DNA from: an uncultured Chloroflexia bacterium
Lineage (GTDB): Bacteria > Chloroflexota > Limnocylindria > QHBO01
Direction: 5' to 3'
DNA: 64,000 nucleotides
Assembly: GCA_963716585.1 (NCBI GenBank)
Contig: CAVQTN010000002.1
Coordinates: 28,480 to 92,479, forward strand
In this document: positions 62,171-64,000 of the stretch, in pieces
Layout of the letters: the number at the start of each line of letters is the position of its first letter
Numbering within the stretch: the first letter of the stretch is position 1
Made by a program: the position numbers and the translations under genes
Notes under the pieces: model-generated
What the model saw: the letters and a program-made list of their open reading frames with translations, nothing else
Told to the model about the DNA's origin: nothing
The model's database searches: none

Positions 62171-62523
62171 ATGGCCGTCTATGAGCGTCACGTCTTCGTC
62201 TGCACGCGCGGTGAGTGGTGCCCGGCGGTGGACGGGGACGGGATCGGCGTCCACGCCCGCCTGAAGAGCCTGGTCACGGCCGCCGGGCTTGGCGACCGGT
62301 TGCGGATCAACCATTCCGGCTGCCTTTCACAGTGCGGCCATGGACCGATGCTGGTGGTCTACCCCGACGGCGTGTGGTACGCGGGCGTCGCACCCACCGA
62401 TGCCGACGAGATCTTCGAGCGCCACCTGCTCGGCGGCGAGCCGGTCGAACGCCTGCGCTACGACCCACCCACGATGGGGGCTCACAAGCTGCCGCGCGAT
62501 GCCTCCGGGCACGTCCTCGATTG
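62171..62523 (+). CDS. thioredoxin-like [2Fe-2S] ferredoxin
   Basis: 117 aa from MAVYERHVFVC. Cys ligands in VFVCTRGEWCP and HSGCLSQCGHGPMLVVYP, as in thioredoxin-like 2Fe-2S ferredoxins. Confidence 0.75.
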
Positions 62524-63429
62524 ACCGATACGGACCGCGCGCAGCACCTGCTCGACGAACGGACGGCAGCACGGGCCTCGGGCGACTTCGCGACGGCCGA
62601 TGCGCTCCGCGACGACCTGCGCGCCCTCGGCTGGGAAGTCGAGGACGCGGCATCCGGCTCGACGCTGCGCGCCACCCTGCCGCCGGCACCGGTCGCCACC
62701 GGGTACGCGCGTCCCGAGGACCTGGCGTCGCTGCTCCACGAGCCGGCCTTGGTCGACGCGTCGCTGCTCGTGGTCGCGGATGAGCATGCAGACGACCTCG
62801 AGCGCTTCCTGGGCGGCCTGGCGGCCCACCCGCCGGGTGCCTCGTGGGAGCTGATCGTGGTCGCCAACGCGCCGTCGTATGACGTCGGGCCATTGCTTCG
62901 GGGCGACGTCACGCGACTGTCAACCACCACGCGCCTGGGCTGGGCCGATGCGGTCAATCTCGGCCTTCGCCGCTCGCGGGGCGCGATCACGATTCTGCTC
63001 GACACGTCGGTCGAGCCGATCGGCGACTTCGTGGCACCACTGCTGGGCATGTTCGAGGACACCTCGGTCGGGATCGCCGGCGGCTGGGGCGTCGTGACCG
63101 AGGATGGCCGCCATTTCGAGGACGCGCGGCCCGGCCCGGTCCACGCGGTCGAGGCGTACTGCCTGGCCATCCGCCGCGAGGCGCTGCGCGCGGTGGGTGG
63201 AGGCTTCGATCCGCACTTCCGCTTCTACCGGAACGCGGACCTCGACCTCGGCTTCGCGGTGCGCGACGCCGGCTGGCGGGCGGTTGCACTTGAGCTGCCG
63301 CTGACGCGCCACGAGCACCGCGCCTGGATCGCGCTCGCCGACGGCGAGCGCGATCGCCTCTCGAAGCGCAACTTCTATCGCTTCCTCAAGCACTGGGGCG
63401 ATCGGCGCGACCTGCTGCGGCGCGACTGA
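62521..63429 (+). CDS. glycosyltransferase family 2 protein with an N-terminal segment resembling the C-terminal helical tail of Cys-tRNA synthetase
   Basis: A TTG at 62521 overlaps the ferredoxin stop. N-terminus DRAQHLLDERTAARASGDFATADALRDDLRALGWEVED. GT-A core LLVVADEHADDLERFLGGL...ILLDTSVEP..., a DxD-like region and the C-terminal HFRFYRNADLDLGFAV. Confidence 0.65.
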   Translation: MTDTDRAQHLLDERTAARASGDFATADALRDDLRALGWEVEDAASGSTLRATLPPAPVATGYARPEDLASLLHEPALVDASLLVVADEHADDLERFLGGLAAHPPGASWELIVVANAPSYDVGPLLRGDVTRLSTTTRLGWADAVNLGLRRSRGAITILLDTSVEPIGDFVAPLLGMFEDTSVGIAGGWGVVTEDGRHFEDARPGPVHAVEAYCLAIRREALRAVGGGFDPHFRFYRNADLDLGFAVRDAGWRAVALELPLTRHEHRAWIALADGERDRLSKRNFYRFLKHWGDRRDLLRRD

Positions 63430-64000
63430 GCCCCGCCAATCGGCACACGGCAACGGCGGTGGCAGCCACCGTGGCGGCCAGGCGGTCGTAGTCGAGGCTG
63501 TCGGGCAGGTCGAGGCCAGTGTGATAACGCGGGTTGCGCAGGTCGGCCGTATCGGTCACCTGGATGGCGGGGATGGCGTGCCGCCAGAATGCGACGTGGT
63601 CGCTGCGGGCGAAATGGCGGACGGTCGGCACCAGCCAGGGCAGCAGCCGGCCGATGACCGGCAGGTCGAGCGGATCACGCACCAGCAGCGAGGCGTCGAC
63701 GCCCGCCACCGCCACCAGCGCTTCGCCGAACGCCCGCGCCAGCGGCAGGCCGCTCGAGCGGTAGATGGTCAGCGTCCAGACGCCGGCCATCTGCAGGGCC
63801 GCGGCCCGCCGCAGCTGCCCCGGATAGAGCAGGCCCAGCCCCGGCGGGATGCGCTGGCTGTTGGCGCGTGAATCGGTGTAGCCAATGCACTCGAAGACAA
63901 CGGCGCCGGCAATCGGACGCTCCGCCGCCTGCTCGGCGATGAGGGCCTCCGCGCCGCCGAAGTCGCCCGACTCCTCGAGGTCGACCACGGCCAGCACGAG
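63386..64000 (-). CDS. M28 family zinc peptidase (partial; N-terminus beyond the window edge)
   Basis: C-terminal 200 aa with the EE-box LAVVDLEESGDFGGAEAL and HT..D metal ligand region RYHTGLDLPDSLD. The gene continues past position 64000. Confidence 0.6.
   Translation of the reverse strand, partial: LVLAVVDLEESGDFGGAEALIAEQAAERPIAGAVVFECIGYTDSRANSQRIPPGLGLLYPGQLRRAAALQMAGVWTLTIYRSSGLPLARAFGEALVAVAGVDASLLVRDPLDLPVIGRLLPWLVPTVRHFARSDHVAFWRHAIPAIQVTDTADLRNPRYHTGLDLPDSLDYDRLAATVAATAVAVCRLAGLSRAAAGRADRPSA

Overview
This is a 64 kb window of about 72% GC, densely packed bacterial chromosomal DNA. I call about 70 protein-coding genes, and they are mostly core metabolism and housekeeping. I found no transposases, integrases, prophage genes or CRISPR arrays. 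The organism type is inferred: sigma-54 (rpoN), a class I LysRS, an MshC-like CysRS paralog, a T-box leader and many probably leaderless genes together suggest a high-GC Gram-positive-type lineage (deep-branching Actinobacteria- or Chloroflexi-like), but I cannot pin it down.

Gene content in order:
- tRNA-Ser(UGA) followed by the greA-lysK-serS string.
- uppP, a K+-independent H+-pyrophosphatase (hppA), and rpoN co-transcribed with a large secreted Ig-like/beta-propeller protein.
- lepB, ndk, and an M16 peptidase operon.
- A coaX-coaBC-panC (CoA biosynthesis) cluster.
- gdhA followed by a stand-alone BioD-like/DRTGG (Pta N-terminal-like) protein.
- A beta-oxidation/butyryl-CoA operon: B12-binding mutase small subunit, MeaB, hbd, acd, fadD, thiolase.
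- folE, and an OpuC-type osmoprotectant ABC transporter.
- A run of secreted/membrane proteins.
- An RGG-repeat/RHH/HARE-HTH protein, dodecin, csp, and a PHP protein with only a PolX 8-kDa domain.
- A PTE-family hydrolase, a second GDH paralog that has lost its catalytic lysines, and the mutase large subunit.
- A 5'-3' exonuclease, a SpoIID/LytB-like secreted protein, and an MshC/CysS-like ligase.
- GT-C and GT2 glycosyltransferases, an FTR1 iron permease with a palindromic operator, and dienelactone hydrolase.
- A trp operon (trpD, a trpC-trpF-trpB triple fusion, trpA) preceded by a Trp-type T-box leader.
- A rhomboid protease, and a partial M28 peptidase at the window edge.

Four genes between 33 and 44 kb are broken by single-base +1 frameshifts, each an extra C/G in a GC run. 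This is either local sequencing error or pseudogenisation.

I did not find one obvious new multi-gene system. The most interesting individual items are the dead GDH paralog, the Trp T-box leader, the trpCFB fusion, rpoN with a zinc-ribbon insert, the HARE-HTH protein and the FTR1 operator. The long antisense ORFs in the six-frame track are shadow ORFs typical of high-GC DNA.
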